The notes under the pieces are model-generated. The model was not told the DNA's origin, made no database searches, and saw nothing but the letters and a program-made list of their open reading frames with translations. A stretch of 64,000 nucleotides of DNA, taken from positions 4,128,001-4,192,000 of the forward strand of contig OY970325.1 in assembly GCA_963717145.1 (NCBI GenBank), in the 5' to 3' direction. This DNA is from an uncultured Armatimonadetes bacterium. GTDB taxonomy: Bacteria; Armatimonadota; UBA5829; DTJY01. The translations under genes were made by a program, and so were the position numbers. Positions 38,680 through 48,768 of this stretch are shown one piece after another; position 1 is the first letter of the stretch, and every line of letters begins with the position of its first letter.

Positions 38680-38790
38680 GAATGGTCAATGGTTGATGGC
38701 CGATGGTTAATGGGAGTCATTCCCCATCAACCATCAACCATCCGCCATTCCCTTCCCCCATCAACCATCAACCATCGCCCATCAACCATT
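38680..38790. repeat. Inverted (GATGGTT)/(AACCATC) heptamer arrays
   Basis: Similar arrays at 15098-15200, 17002-17030, 57156-57178. Confidence 0.8.
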
Positions 38791-38792
38791 CT

Positions 38793-39716
38793 CTACAGCT
38801 TTGCCCACGCCTCGTTAAGCACCCTCTTCGCGCCGGCGATGACTATGTCCGAGTCCTCGCCGGAGAGCGGCTTGACCTCGAAGCTGACGACGGGCATCAT
38901 CGTCGGGAGGTCCTTCTTGAAGAAGCCGGTGTCCATCAGCACGCGCAGGAACTCGATCACCTCGTCCACGTCGTTCTCACCGCAGGCGCATCCGAAAGCA
39001 GGGTGCTGGTCGCCGTATGCCGGACTGGACGTGTCGCTCACAACCGCGTTTCCGATGTGCGTATGAACGAGATACGGCGCGGCGGTCGAGACCATCTGCC
39101 CGATCGACTCGTTCAGCAGCGGCTGGTGGCTCAAGTCGACGGTAAGCCCGAAGTTCGGGGACTCCGATCTGACCCTCTTCGCCAGCTCGACCGCCTCGAC
39201 CGTCGGGCCGACCAGGCACTTCTTGTCGATGTCGTAGTCGAACGTCTCGAGGGAGACCATGAGGTCGCCCTTCGACTTTGCGTACTTGCAGATTCGGATC
39301 AGCGAATCGGTCAGCCGGTCGTACGCGGCCTTCTTGTCACCGTCGGCGGGGACCGGGCCGCTCAACAGGGCCAGGACGCTCGCCCCGAGTTCGTACGCCT
39401 GATCGACCGAGTTCTTGCACTGATCGACCGCCCGGGTGCGCTCGGACTCGTCCGCGGCATTGATGTCGAGCTTCTGGGTCAGCAGCGGTGGCTGGCCCGC
39501 GAATACGACGTCCATGTGCGCGCACTTGAGCATCCGGGCGGCCTCAGCGCGGACGGCGTCGTCCTTCATCCAGGTGACTTCGATCGCGCCGAAGTACTCG
39601 TCGTTCAGAATCTTCGACAGCGTTTCGAGGATCGGCCCCTCGCCCTTAATCACCTGCGGGTACGCCATCGGATGGATGACACCCACGTGGAAATACTTCG
39701 AGATCGGCTCTTGCAC
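38793..39716 (-). CDS. Sugar phosphate isomerase/epimerase (AP endonuclease 2 TIM barrel)
   Basis: SLETFD, VDLSHQP, HTHIGN, DQHP, SFEVKP. Confidence 0.85.
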   Translation of the reverse strand: MQEPISKYFHVGVIHPMAYPQVIKGEGPILETLSKILNDEYFGAIEVTWMKDDAVRAEAARMLKCAHMDVVFAGQPPLLTQKLDINAADESERTRAVDQCKNSVDQAYELGASVLALLSGPVPADGDKKAAYDRLTDSLIRICKYAKSKGDLMVSLETFDYDIDKKCLVGPTVEAVELAKRVRSESPNFGLTVDLSHQPLLNESIGQMVSTAAPYLVHTHIGNAVVSDTSSPAYGDQHPAFGCACGENDVDEVIEFLRVLMDTGFFKKDLPTMMPVVSFEVKPLSGEDSDIVIAGAKRVLNEAWAKL

Positions 39717-39750
39717 AGGTCTTACCTCCTGATTGTTGTGCAGCGGTCGT

Positions 39751-39815
39751 GTAGTGGCCGTGCCTCTGTGCCGGCCAGCACCGTGTCATGGCCGGCACAG
39801 AGGCACGGCCACTAC
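39751..39815. repeat. REP-like palindrome GTAGTGGCCG family
   Basis: Perfect inverted arms. Confidence 0.88.
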
Positions 39816-39992
39816 GATTGTGCGGTCGGCAGCTTCGGTCGATTATACCCCCATCACTCAGACGTTTCAAGCGCCCGCCGCCCGTTTCGGCTCTCAGGGC
39901 TGGCGGGTAGGCTGTAGTACAGCTTGATCCACTGCCTGCATGGGCATAGAGAACCAGTCAGCGGCAGTGGATCGGCAGGAAGGAAACCGCAC

Positions 39993-41516
39993 ATGCGCAG
40001 ACTCAGCAGAGCGCCGCTCCTCCTTATTGTGGCCCTTGTTCTTTCCGCGGCGATCACTCCGGCCGCGCTCGCCCAGGCCGCCGACAAGCCGTCGCCGGTC
40101 AAGACCCTGGTCGTCATATCCACGAAGGCCGACGATGTCGACGACAGCAAGATCGACGACAATATCTTCAAGTTCCTGGCGGATCGCTTCAAGGCGGCTG
40201 AAGGAGTCCAGGTGCTCGACCTCAAGTCCGCGCTTGGCCCGTCGTCACGGCTCAAGGACGATCAGATCAAGCAGATGCTCTGGTTCCCGGAATTGATCGG
40301 CCAGACCGACCACGTCCGCCGAAACCTCCATGCGGACGGCCTGCTGATCTCGAATGTCATACTGTTCGGCAAGGCGGGCAAGAGCTGGTACATCAGCGCC
40401 GATCTCAGCTACTACGACTTGCGGGCCACCTCGACTGAGAGCGTTCCGGTCGGTTCGATCGACTTCAGGGCGGAGATCGACAAGGACAAGTTCTACCCGG
40501 TCGCCGCCGATGAGATCATCAACCAACTCAAACAGGACGTTCCGGGCTTTCTGTCCGCTAAGCCGGCGCCGGTAGCGGAACCCAGAGTGCTCTGCAATAA
40601 GAACAGCAAGCTCTTCCATCTGCTCCAGTCGCATCACACGCCCGCGCCATCCGTACCCGTGGAGGAGATGACCCGATCGGCGGCGATTACGGCCGGATAC
40701 AACCCGTGCCTGGTCTGCTTCCCGGAGGCTCAGAAGCATCTGGACCCGAATAGCCTCGAGGCGATGATCGAAGCCGAAACCGCCGGCTTCATCGAGTACT
40801 ACTACCGCGTCTCGTACGATCAGGCGCGTCATGCCCGCCTGGAGAAGATCGGCAACCGGATCATCGCCGACAACGGTTTCACGAAGCGCAGATACCTGTT
40901 CACCGCGCTGAACTCCGACGAGATCAATGCCATCGCCGCGCCGGCGGGTTATGTCTACGTAACCACCGGCATGATGGACATTGTGGAATCAGACGATGAG
41001 CTGGCTGCGGTGATGGCGCATGAAATGGCGCACGTCGAACGGCAGCATGGGGTGCAGCAATACCGACGCGCACAGCAGTCGGCGACCCTCGGCCTGCTGG
41101 TGAGCATTCTTTCCGGGGTTAACCTCAGCATCCTGTCGGATTTCGTCCAGGAGCTGGTCCTTCGCGGATACGATCGCCGCTACGAGTCTGAGGCCGACCG
41201 ATACGGCTACATGTATGCCAGGCGAACGAGCTATGACCCCGAGGCGATGTTCTCGGTCCTGGGGAAGCTCTACGATATGGAACTGGCTTCGAATGTGAAG
41301 GTGGTCAGTTGGTTCAGGACACACCCGAAGTCGGAGGACCGCATCAAGAGCGTGACGGCGTACAAGACCGGTTCGGTGGCGGCCTCGCAGTACCTGGCCG
41401 AGCTTGGGCCGGTGGACAGCGGTCTGGCGGCCGCCGTCCACTCGGATGAACTCCGGTATGTGGACCGGATCGATGATCTCAAGAAGTACGTCGAGACGGT
41501 CAAGACACTGCCGTAG
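39993..41516 (+). CDS. Exported M48 family metallopeptidase with N-terminal extra domains
   Basis: Signal peptide; INAIAAPAG, AHEMAH, YESEAD, RTHP. Confidence 0.88.
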   Translation: MRRLSRAPLLLIVALVLSAAITPAALAQAADKPSPVKTLVVISTKADDVDDSKIDDNIFKFLADRFKAAEGVQVLDLKSALGPSSRLKDDQIKQMLWFPELIGQTDHVRRNLHADGLLISNVILFGKAGKSWYISADLSYYDLRATSTESVPVGSIDFRAEIDKDKFYPVAADEIINQLKQDVPGFLSAKPAPVAEPRVLCNKNSKLFHLLQSHHTPAPSVPVEEMTRSAAITAGYNPCLVCFPEAQKHLDPNSLEAMIEAETAGFIEYYYRVSYDQARHARLEKIGNRIIADNGFTKRRYLFTALNSDEINAIAAPAGYVYVTTGMMDIVESDDELAAVMAHEMAHVERQHGVQQYRRAQQSATLGLLVSILSGVNLSILSDFVQELVLRGYDRRYESEADRYGYMYARRTSYDPEAMFSVLGKLYDMELASNVKVVSWFRTHPKSEDRIKSVTAYKTGSVAASQYLAELGPVDSGLAAAVHSDELRYVDRIDDLKKYVETVKTLP

Positions 41517-41535
41517 GACGGGGTCTGGAGTGATC

Positions 41536-41603
41536 TCCCACACTCCCATACCCCCACACTCCCACACTCCCACACTCCCATACTCCCACACTCCCATACT
41601 CCC
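41536..41603. repeat. Octamer tandem repeat CTCCCA(C/T)A x~8
   Basis: Reverse complement array at 18219-18270. Confidence 0.85.
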
Positions 41604-43087
41604 TACACCGGAGGCGCGCCGATCTGCTTGCCCTCCGGATAGCTCGTTTCCCTCTTCATCCGCTCGAACTCCGCCTTGAGCCTCTTCACGTCGGCGGCGC
41701 GCGCAGGATCCTGCGCAAGGTTGTGCATCTCGCTCGGATCCTTCTCGAGGTCGTACATCTCGTCGATGTCCTTGATGTCCGGGTAGCAGACATACTTGCT
41801 CTTCTCCGTCCGCAGGCCGAGTATCAGCGGCACCCCCGGATACCAGTCCTCTCGGAAGTACTCGTACAGGAACATCTTGCGCCAGGGGGCATGCTTCTCA
41901 CCGCCGGCGAACAAAGGCTTCAGCGAGCGACCCTGCATGGAACTCGGCACCTTCGCGCCCGCCAGGTCCAGGAACGTCGGGCCGAGGTCGATGTTGAGCG
42001 TCATCTCCTCGATCTTCGTCCCCGGCTTGATCATCTTCGGGTAGCGGATCAGCCAAGGGATGCGGATCGACTCCTCGTATGCGAGTCGCTTGTCGCCCTT
42101 CCGATGCTCGCCCATGAAGAACCCGTTGTCGCCCGCGAAGGCGACGACGGTGTCATCGAGCATGCCCTTCTTCTCAAGGGTATCGAGGACCTTCCCGATG
42201 CTCTCATCGACCGCCAGAAGCGTGCGATAGTAGTTGAGCCTTCCCTGCTCCTTGCCACTCCATTCCACCGGTGGGATGGTCTCCGGCACGGGCTTGTCCT
42301 TGGATTCGAGCCACTTGGGCTTCGTGCCGCCGCCAAATGCCATCAGCCTCCGTTGCCACTCCGGTTTCCCTCTGTAGTCATCCTTGAAGCTCGCGGGCTC
42401 CGGGAGCACGGCATCCGACCCGGCATCCTTGTGGCGCTCTGCGGGCGTGAACGGCCCGTGGACCGCCTTGTGGGCGAGGATCATGCAGAACGGCTTGTCC
42501 CGGTCTTTCTCCAGGAACTTCACCGCGTAGTCCGTGAGCAGGTCGGTCATGTAGCCCTCCGCCTGGAACTCGCGGCCGTTCTCGTTCAGTTTGGGATCGT
42601 TGTAGACTCCCTGGCCGAGGAAGCTGAGCCAGTAGTCGAATCCCGGCCTCGGATCGGATTTCCTCTCCATGTGCCACTTGCCGATGTAGGCCGTCTCGTA
42701 TCCCGCCTTCCGGAGCGCCTGTGGGAAGTTCTCCAGCGACGGGTCGGGATCGTTGGCTTCGTTGTTCACGACGCCATGCCGGTGAGCGTATGTGCCTGTC
42801 ACGAAGGAGGCCCGACTGGGGGAGCAGAGCGCGGTGGTCACGAACGCGTTGGTGAGCGTGGCGCCTTCGCGCGCCAGGCGGTCCATATTCGGCGTCTTGA
42901 AAAACGGTACTCGTCCCATGAAGCCCATCGCGTCGTAACGCTGGTCGTCGGTCAATATGAATATCAGGTTCGGACGCTTGGCGGGCGCGGCCTCGAGCGG
43001 CTTGCTCCACCAGGGCAATGTGGCCGCGGCCCCGGCGGCTGCGGCTCGCGTGATAAACTCCCTGCGCGTCAGTTGCTTTTCCGTCAT
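41603..43087 (-). CDS. Tat-exported sulfatase
   Basis: TRREF Tat signal; TDDQ, CSPSRAS, GKWH, GDNG, HRKGDKR. Confidence 0.95.
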   Translation of the reverse strand: MTEKQLTRREFITRAAAAGAAATLPWWSKPLEAAPAKRPNLIFILTDDQRYDAMGFMGRVPFFKTPNMDRLAREGATLTNAFVTTALCSPSRASFVTGTYAHRHGVVNNEANDPDPSLENFPQALRKAGYETAYIGKWHMERKSDPRPGFDYWLSFLGQGVYNDPKLNENGREFQAEGYMTDLLTDYAVKFLEKDRDKPFCMILAHKAVHGPFTPAERHKDAGSDAVLPEPASFKDDYRGKPEWQRRLMAFGGGTKPKWLESKDKPVPETIPPVEWSGKEQGRLNYYRTLLAVDESIGKVLDTLEKKGMLDDTVVAFAGDNGFFMGEHRKGDKRLAYEESIRIPWLIRYPKMIKPGTKIEEMTLNIDLGPTFLDLAGAKVPSSMQGRSLKPLFAGGEKHAPWRKMFLYEYFREDWYPGVPLILGLRTEKSKYVCYPDIKDIDEMYDLEKDPSEMHNLAQDPARAADVKRLKAEFERMKRETSYPEGKQIGAPPV

Positions 43088-43219
43088 GGTCTAACCTCCT
43101 CGATTCCAAACGGCGTACGTACATGTTCTCCTCTCCCTCCTCCGACTCCTACTCATACTCATACTCATACTCGAATTTGATCCTGCTCTGATCCTGCCCC
43201 GTTTTCGTGGACAGATCAC

Positions 43220-44089
43220 CTAGGCCGCTCGTTCGAGAGCGGCCGCCTCGAAATCGGCGGGACTCCGATAGCCGAGGCTCGAGTGGAGTCGCTGTCGATT
43301 GTAGAACACTTCGATGTACTCGAAGATATCAGATCTCGCTTCCTCTCGTGAGGAGTATGTTCGATGATGTATCAGCTCGGCCTTAAGCGTCGCAAAGAAG
43401 CTCTCCATCGGGGCGTTGTCATAGCAGTTCCCGGCGCCGCTCATGCTGGCTCGAATTTCGTAGGCTTCGAGAAGCCTACGAAATTCGCCGCTCGCGTACT
43501 GACACCCTCGATCCGAATGATGGATGACTTCGCCGACCGGTCTTCTGTTCTTGTATGCCATCCTGAGCGCCTCACTTGCGAGCACACTCCCAAGCGTCTC
43601 TTTCATCGACCAGCCCACTATCTGGCGCGAGTAAAGATCCATCACCGCCGAAAGATAGAGCCAACCCTCACGGGTATGCACATACGTTATGTCGCTTACC
43701 CAGACACTGTTCGGTCTGGCTACCTCGAAGTTTCTCTTGAGCAGATTCGCCGCCACAGGCTGGTTGTGCCTGGAGTTAGTCGTAACACGGAACTTCCGTT
43801 TCTGTCTTGCGCGGATTCCGTTTGCTGTCATGAGCCTGGCCACACGGCCTCTGCTGCAGGTCTCACCCGCCTGCCGAAGCCGTATGTGAACCCTCGGGCT
43901 ACCGTAGGTGTCTCTGCTCTCGGCGTGGACCTCCCTGATCCGTGTGAGCAGCTTCTCGTTCTTCCTGGCGCGATCGCTTTCGGGACGCCCCTGCCACGCG
44001 TAGTAGCCGCTCCGGCTCACACCGAGCACCCCGCAGATCGTCCCGATCCTGAAGCGGCCGTCTTGAGCAGCGATGAAGGCGTACTTCAC
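43220..44089 (-). CDS. IS3-family transposase OrfB
   Basis: YGSPRV, WVSDITY, HSDRGCQY, CYDNAPMESFF. Confidence 0.95.
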   Translation of the reverse strand: MKYAFIAAQDGRFRIGTICGVLGVSRSGYYAWQGRPESDRARKNEKLLTRIREVHAESRDTYGSPRVHIRLRQAGETCSRGRVARLMTANGIRARQKRKFRVTTNSRHNQPVAANLLKRNFEVARPNSVWVSDITYVHTREGWLYLSAVMDLYSRQIVGWSMKETLGSVLASEALRMAYKNRRPVGEVIHHSDRGCQYASGEFRRLLEAYEIRASMSGAGNCYDNAPMESFFATLKAELIHHRTYSSREEARSDIFEYIEVFYNRQRLHSSLGYRSPADFEAAALERAA

Positions 44090-44367
44090 TGCTGCTCCCT
44101 CGCAAAGTACGCCGCCGCTTTTTTTAATATGTCTCTCTCCTCTCGGAGGAGATCGTTCTCCTTGCGGAGACGCTTCACTTCGTCCTCAAGGGACTCTCTC
44201 TTCCTGGGATCGATCTCTCCCAGGCTCTCCTTGTACTTCCTGATCCAGGCGTCCAGGCTGTTGATGTTGACTCCCAGTTCCTTTGCGATCCGAGCTTTGC
44301 TCGCCCTGCCGGAAAAGGCCAACTTCACCGCCTCCGCCTTGAAGCTTTCTGAATACTGCCTCTTCAT
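44086..44367 (-). CDS. IS3-family transposase OrfA
   Basis: YSESFKAEAV HTH, ERDILKKA. Confidence 0.93.
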   Translation of the reverse strand: MKRQYSESFKAEAVKLAFSGRASKARIAKELGVNINSLDAWIRKYKESLGEIDPRKRESLEDEVKRLRKENDLLREERDILKKAAAYFAREQQ

Positions 44368-44418
44368 CTTGGGTCACCTCATCTCTTATTATCCGGTGCC
44401 CACTAATTCGAGGCAAGA

Positions 44419-45156
44419 TCAGTATGTTCGATGATGTATCAGCTCGGCCTTAAGCGTCGCAAAGAAGCTCTCCATCGGGGCGTTGTCATAGCAGTTCCCG
44501 GCGCCGCTCATGCTGGCTCGAATTTCGTAGGCTTCGAGAAGCCTACGAAATTCGCCGCTCGCGTACTGACACCCTCGATCCGAATGATGGATGACTTCAC
44601 CGACCGGTCTTCTGTTCTTGTATGCCATCCTGAGCGCCTCACTTGCGAGCACACTCCCAAGCGTCTCTTTCATCGACCAGCCCACTATCTGGCGCGAGTA
44701 AAGATCCATCACCGCCGAAAGATAGAGCCAACCCTCACGGGTATGCACATACGTTATGTCGCTTACCCAGACACTGTTCGGTCTGGCTACCTCGAAGTTT
44801 CTCTTGAGCAGATTCGCCGCCACAGGCTGGTTGTGCCTGGAGTTAGTCGTAACACGGAACTTCCGTTTCTGTCTTGCGCGGATTCCGTTTGCTGTCATGA
44901 GCCTGGCCACACGGCCTCTGCTGCAGGTCTCACCCGCCTGCCGAAGCCGTATGTGAACCCTCGGGCTACCGTAGGTGTCTCTGCTCTCGGCGTGGACCTC
45001 CCTGATCCGTGTGAGCAGCTTCTCGTTCTTCCTGGCGCGATCGCTTTCGGGACGCCCCTGCCACGCGTAGTAGCCGCTCCGGCTCACACCGAGCACCCCG
45101 CAGATCGTCCCGATCCTGAAGCGGCCGTCTTGAGCAGCGATGAAGGCGTACTTCAC
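44419..45156 (-). pseudogene. Truncated IS3 OrfB
   Basis: Ends at HHRTY where it abuts the IR of copy 1. Confidence 0.88.
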
Positions 45157-45488
45157 TGCTGCTCCCTCGCAAAGTACGCCGCCGCTTTTTTTAATATGTC
45201 TCTCTCCTCTCGGAGGAGATCGTTCTCCTTGCGGAGACGCTTCACTTCGTCCTCAAGGGACTCTCTCTTCCTGGGATCGATCTCTCCCAGGCTCTCCTTG
45301 TACTTCCTGATCCAGGCGTCCAGGCTGTTGATGTTGACTCCCAGTTCCTTTGCGATCCGAGCTTTGCTCGCCCTGCCGGAAAAAGCCAACTTCACCGCCT
45401 CCGCCTTGAAGCTTTCTGAATACTGCCTCTTCATCTTGGGTCACCTCATCTCTTATTATCCGGTGCCCACTAATTCGAGGCAAGATCA
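44422..45488 (-). mobile_element. IS3-family element, second copy truncated at orfB 3' end
   Basis: Duplicates 43355-44421 with at least 2 substitutions; lacks right end. Confidence 0.9.
45153..45434 (-). CDS. IS3-family transposase OrfA (copy 2)
   Basis: Same protein as 44086-44367. Confidence 0.9.
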   Translation of the reverse strand: MKRQYSESFKAEAVKLAFSGRASKARIAKELGVNINSLDAWIRKYKESLGEIDPRKRESLEDEVKRLRKENDLLREERDILKKAAAYFAREQQ

Positions 45489-45617
45489 CGACCGGCAAGG
45501 CAAGGAATCCCGAGGGATGGCGTGCAGGATTATTTCGGGCCTGCGCATCAGCGCCGGAACACCCGATGATAATACCAGGCAGAAGAATGCCAGAATGCCG
45601 AACAAGGGAGTGTTCTT

Positions 45618-46583
45618 ATGGCGGTCATGCAGAGAGACATCGTCCGGCGGCAGTCGTCGGGACGGGACATCATCCACCGTTGGGAAGGGAATCCCATAAT
45701 CACCGTTGAGGATATTCCCTTCAGGTGCAATTCGGTCTTCAATGCGGGGGCGGCGAGGTACAATGGCGAGTACATCCTGCTTCTGCGCGTGGAAGACCTC
45801 AAGGGCCGGTCCGTGTTCGCGCTTGCTCGCGGCCACGACGGTTTCCACTTCACCGTCGATCCGACTCCCGCCATGGAGCGGGCCGATGTCGAGCCGTTTC
45901 GGACCTACGAGAGCCGGGGGATCGAAGACCCGCGCATAACCGAGATCGACGGCGTCTTCTACATCATGTACACCGCGGTCTCTCAGTACGGTCCGTGCCT
46001 GGCGCTCGCCACGACGACGAATTTCAAGAAGTTCACCCGGATCGGCATCATATCCGAGCCGGAGAACAAAGATGGAGTCCTCTTCCCCAAGAAGATCGGT
46101 GGGAGGTACGTTCGCCTCGACCGGCCTCATGCGGGACTGGGCAACATCTGGGTGTCATACTCCGAGGACCTCAGGATGTGGGGCGATTCCAGGGCGGTGA
46201 TGACCGGTGTCGGCGGCCGATGGGATTGCGACCGGATAGGCGCGTCGGCCCCTCCGATCGAGACCCCTCACGGCTGGCTTGAGATCTACCATGGCGTCAA
46301 ATGCACCTCGGGCGGCCCGGTCTACAGGCTGGGGGTGGCGCTGCTCGATCTCGAAGATCCGTCGATTGTTCTCAAGCGGGCCGCGATCCCGATCCTCTCG
46401 CCTCGCGAGTACTACGAGCGGATAGGGGATGTCGGCAACGTCGTGTTCTCATGCGGCGCGATCGCGGACGAGCGGGACGGCAACATGCTGGTCTACTATG
46501 GCGCGGGCGACACCTGCATCTGCGTGGGCACGACCTCGATCCACGAGTTGATCGAACGCTGCGACGAAAGCGACCCCGACTGA
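45618..46583 (+). CDS. Glycoside hydrolase family 130 (mannoside phosphorylase/glycosidase)
   Basis: VFNAGA, GIEDPRI, ENKDGVLFP, EIYHGV, NVVFSCG, YYGAGD. Confidence 0.92.
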   Translation: MAVMQRDIVRRQSSGRDIIHRWEGNPIITVEDIPFRCNSVFNAGAARYNGEYILLLRVEDLKGRSVFALARGHDGFHFTVDPTPAMERADVEPFRTYESRGIEDPRITEIDGVFYIMYTAVSQYGPCLALATTTNFKKFTRIGIISEPENKDGVLFPKKIGGRYVRLDRPHAGLGNIWVSYSEDLRMWGDSRAVMTGVGGRWDCDRIGASAPPIETPHGWLEIYHGVKCTSGGPVYRLGVALLDLEDPSIVLKRAAIPILSPREYYERIGDVGNVVFSCGAIADERDGNMLVYYGAGDTCICVGTTSIHELIERCDESDPD

Positions 46584-46735
46584 GAAACCGATCCTTTTGT
46601 CATATACACCGTAGGGGAGGCCTTCAACGGCCTCCCCTTCCTGTTTGGATAGCAGTCATCTTGGCATGTTGCCAAAAGTGGCGAAGTGAGGTATAATGTT
46701 GATAATAGCTACTTTGGCTACGACGAGGTGGTACC

Positions 46736-46990
46736 ATGACGACGGTGAAATCCAAGGAAGCTCAGAACAAGTTCGGTTCGATGCTGGATGCCGCTCAGAA
46801 GGAGCCCGTGACGATCACGCGGCACGATCGCCCGGTGGCGGTGGTCATGTCAACTGAGCGGTATGCGGAGTTGGAAGCGCTTGAGGATTCCGTGTGGGCG
46901 ATCCGCGCCAGGATGGCCTCCGAGAAGGGGCTGATCGGCGTGGAGGAGACGAGGGAGTTCATCGAGAGGATGCTGAATGCCGGCTCCTAA
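46736..46990 (+). CDS. Phd/YefM family antitoxin
   Basis: EAQNKFG...PVTITRHDRPVAVVMS. Confidence 0.92.
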   Translation: MTTVKSKEAQNKFGSMLDAAQKEPVTITRHDRPVAVVMSTERYAELEALEDSVWAIRARMASEKGLIGVEETREFIERMLNAGS

Positions 46991-47249
46991 CCTCTCACCC
47001 GACGCTCGTGACTTCATCGAGAAGCTCCAACACAAGTATGCGAAACAGGTCCTGCTGAAGATCCTCGACCTCTGCCGAGATCCCCAGCCACACGATTCCA
47101 GCCGCCTTAAGTGCCCCGACGAGGGATACCGCCGCGCCAACATCGGCGAGTACCGCATCATCTACCGCGTCGTCGGCGACACGCTCGAAGTCCTCCTCAT
47201 CGGCAAGCGGAACGACGACGAGGTCTACCGCCGGTTCGCTCGAAGGTAG
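46977..47249 (+). CDS. RelE/ParE family toxin
   Basis: YRRANIGEYRIIY..IGKRND.EVY; overlaps antitoxin. Confidence 0.9.
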   Translation: MPAPNLSPDARDFIEKLQHKYAKQVLLKILDLCRDPQPHDSSRLKCPDEGYRRANIGEYRIIYRVVGDTLEVLLIGKRNDDEVYRRFARR

Positions 47250-47344
47250 CGTCTCTCCTCCAACACGGTTGTTGTTGCCCAGGCGGAAATGCGGTACAAT
47301 GCCTGTGATGGACCAGGTTTTCTGGAAGGTCACCGAGGGCTGAG

Positions 47345-47683
47345 ATGAGCAACTTGATCTCCACCGACAAACAGACCGAGTTGGAGCTGAATAGGCTGGT
47401 GAAGCGGATCGCGGACGCCGTGCATCCGATCCGCGTCATCTTGTTCGGCTCGGCGGTCCGCGGCGAGATGGGGCCGGACAGTGACTTCGACCTCCTGGTC
47501 GTGATGCCGGACGGCACTCACCGCCGCCACACCGCACAGCGCATATACAGCACCGTGCGAGGCGTCAGGATTCCGTACGATGTCATGGTAGCCACGCCGT
47601 CGGACCTGGAGAAGCACAGGGACAATATCGGGCTGATCTACAAGACGATCCTAGACGAAGGCAGGGTAGTCTATGCCAGGTGA
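47345..47683 (+). CDS. Minimal nucleotidyltransferase (MNT antitoxin)
   Basis: LFGSAVRG..SDFDLLV. Confidence 0.92.
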   Translation: MSNLISTDKQTELELNRLVKRIADAVHPIRVILFGSAVRGEMGPDSDFDLLVVMPDGTHRRHTAQRIYSTVRGVRIPYDVMVATPSDLEKHRDNIGLIYKTILDEGRVVYAR

Positions 47684-48059
47684 ACTTCAGACGCCTAAGG
47701 AGTGGATGCGCTACGCCAGGAGCGACCTTGCCATGGCAAAGGTCCCGGCCTTTCCCGACATTATGCTGGATACTCTTTGCTTTCATGCTCAACAGGCTGT
47801 CGAAAAGAGCATCAAGGCCGTCCTGATCTCCAAAGGCATCCCATTCCCCAGAACCCACTATATCGACCTCCTGATCGATCTGCTCCCGGCCGATACACCT
47901 CGTCCGCCGGATGATGCCGAAGTGGTAGAGCTAACCCAATACGCCGTCACAATCCGCTATCCCGGACTGGACGAACCGATGACTGAAGAGGAGTACCAGA
48001 AGGCGGTCCGCCTGGCAGATTCGGTGGTCAAGTGGGCTGATGGGTTGCTTGCCAGCTAA
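47673..48059 (+). CDS. HEPN domain protein
   Basis: CFHAQQAVEKSIKA, RTH, RYP. Confidence 0.92.
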   Translation: MPGELQTPKEWMRYARSDLAMAKVPAFPDIMLDTLCFHAQQAVEKSIKAVLISKGIPFPRTHYIDLLIDLLPADTPRPPDDAEVVELTQYAVTIRYPGLDEPMTEEEYQKAVRLADSVVKWADGLLAS

Positions 48060-48078
48060 CAGTTATGAGCAGGTGGGC

Positions 48079-48339
48079 TCACGGCTTGTCGAGCGTCTCG
48101 TCGTGCTTGCCGATGTTGCGCAGGACATAGGCGTCGGTTTCTACCTGGAGAGTCATCCGGCAGGAGCGGTCGACGCGGGCTTCCCAGATGCCGGGAGTCC
48201 CCTCGATCTTCCTGAGGCGTAACCCGGGATGCCTCGGGTGCTCCGCCAGCAGCCTGAGCGCCTTGTCGGCCTTCTTCCGCAGTGACTCCGGCAGCGACCG
48301 GTAGGCGGCCCTGAACCTGCCCGTGAGGATGAATCTCAC
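48079..48339 (-). CDS. RelE-like toxin
   Basis: HPRHPGLRLRKI..IWEARVDRSCRMT..NIGKHD. Confidence 0.85.
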   Translation of the reverse strand: MRFILTGRFRAAYRSLPESLRKKADKALRLLAEHPRHPGLRLRKIEGTPGIWEARVDRSCRMTLQVETDAYVLRNIGKHDETLDKP

Positions 48340-48342
48340 CGG

Positions 48343-48615
48343 TTACTCCCCTTTGAGACCATCGAGCAGGTCGTCAACCGACTCGAACTCCTCGACATTG
48401 CCGCTAGTGATGTCCTTCTGCGCCTCCGCTTCGCCCTTCTGCCATTCGGGCGACCAGAACCAGGTGTCCCTCTTGTCGATCAGCTTCTTCGGCGTCAAGA
48501 CTATCTGGCCATCATGGACCTCGCAGTCGAGGAGGTCACTGTCCTCGAGGTGAAGAGCCTTGCGAACCCCGGCAGGCAGTGTTATCTGGGCATTCTTTCT
48601 GATCTTGAGCAACAT
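48343..48615 (-). CDS. AbrB/MazE family antitoxin
   Basis: QITLPAGVRKAL, WFWSPEWQKGE. Confidence 0.9.
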   Translation of the reverse strand: MLLKIRKNAQITLPAGVRKALHLEDSDLLDCEVHDGQIVLTPKKLIDKRDTWFWSPEWQKGEAEAQKDITSGNVEEFESVDDLLDGLKGE

Positions 48616-48768
48616 GCGAAACTCCGAATCTGCGAAATTGCGAAACTCGCAGGGACATTATGCCACAGATTCCGCAGGAGTCCAGCGTTCTTTTTCAAAT
48701 GCGATTGTTGTCATCTCCGAAATGCGGTACAATCGCTAACGAAAGACCGAAAACGGAGAGACGACGAC

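Larger units (their letters stand above)
43189..44421 (-). mobile_element. IS3-family element, complete copy
   Basis: TG..CA ends TGATCCTGCCCC / TGATCTTGCCTC; orfA+orfB with A7G -1 frameshift motif. Confidence 0.93.
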
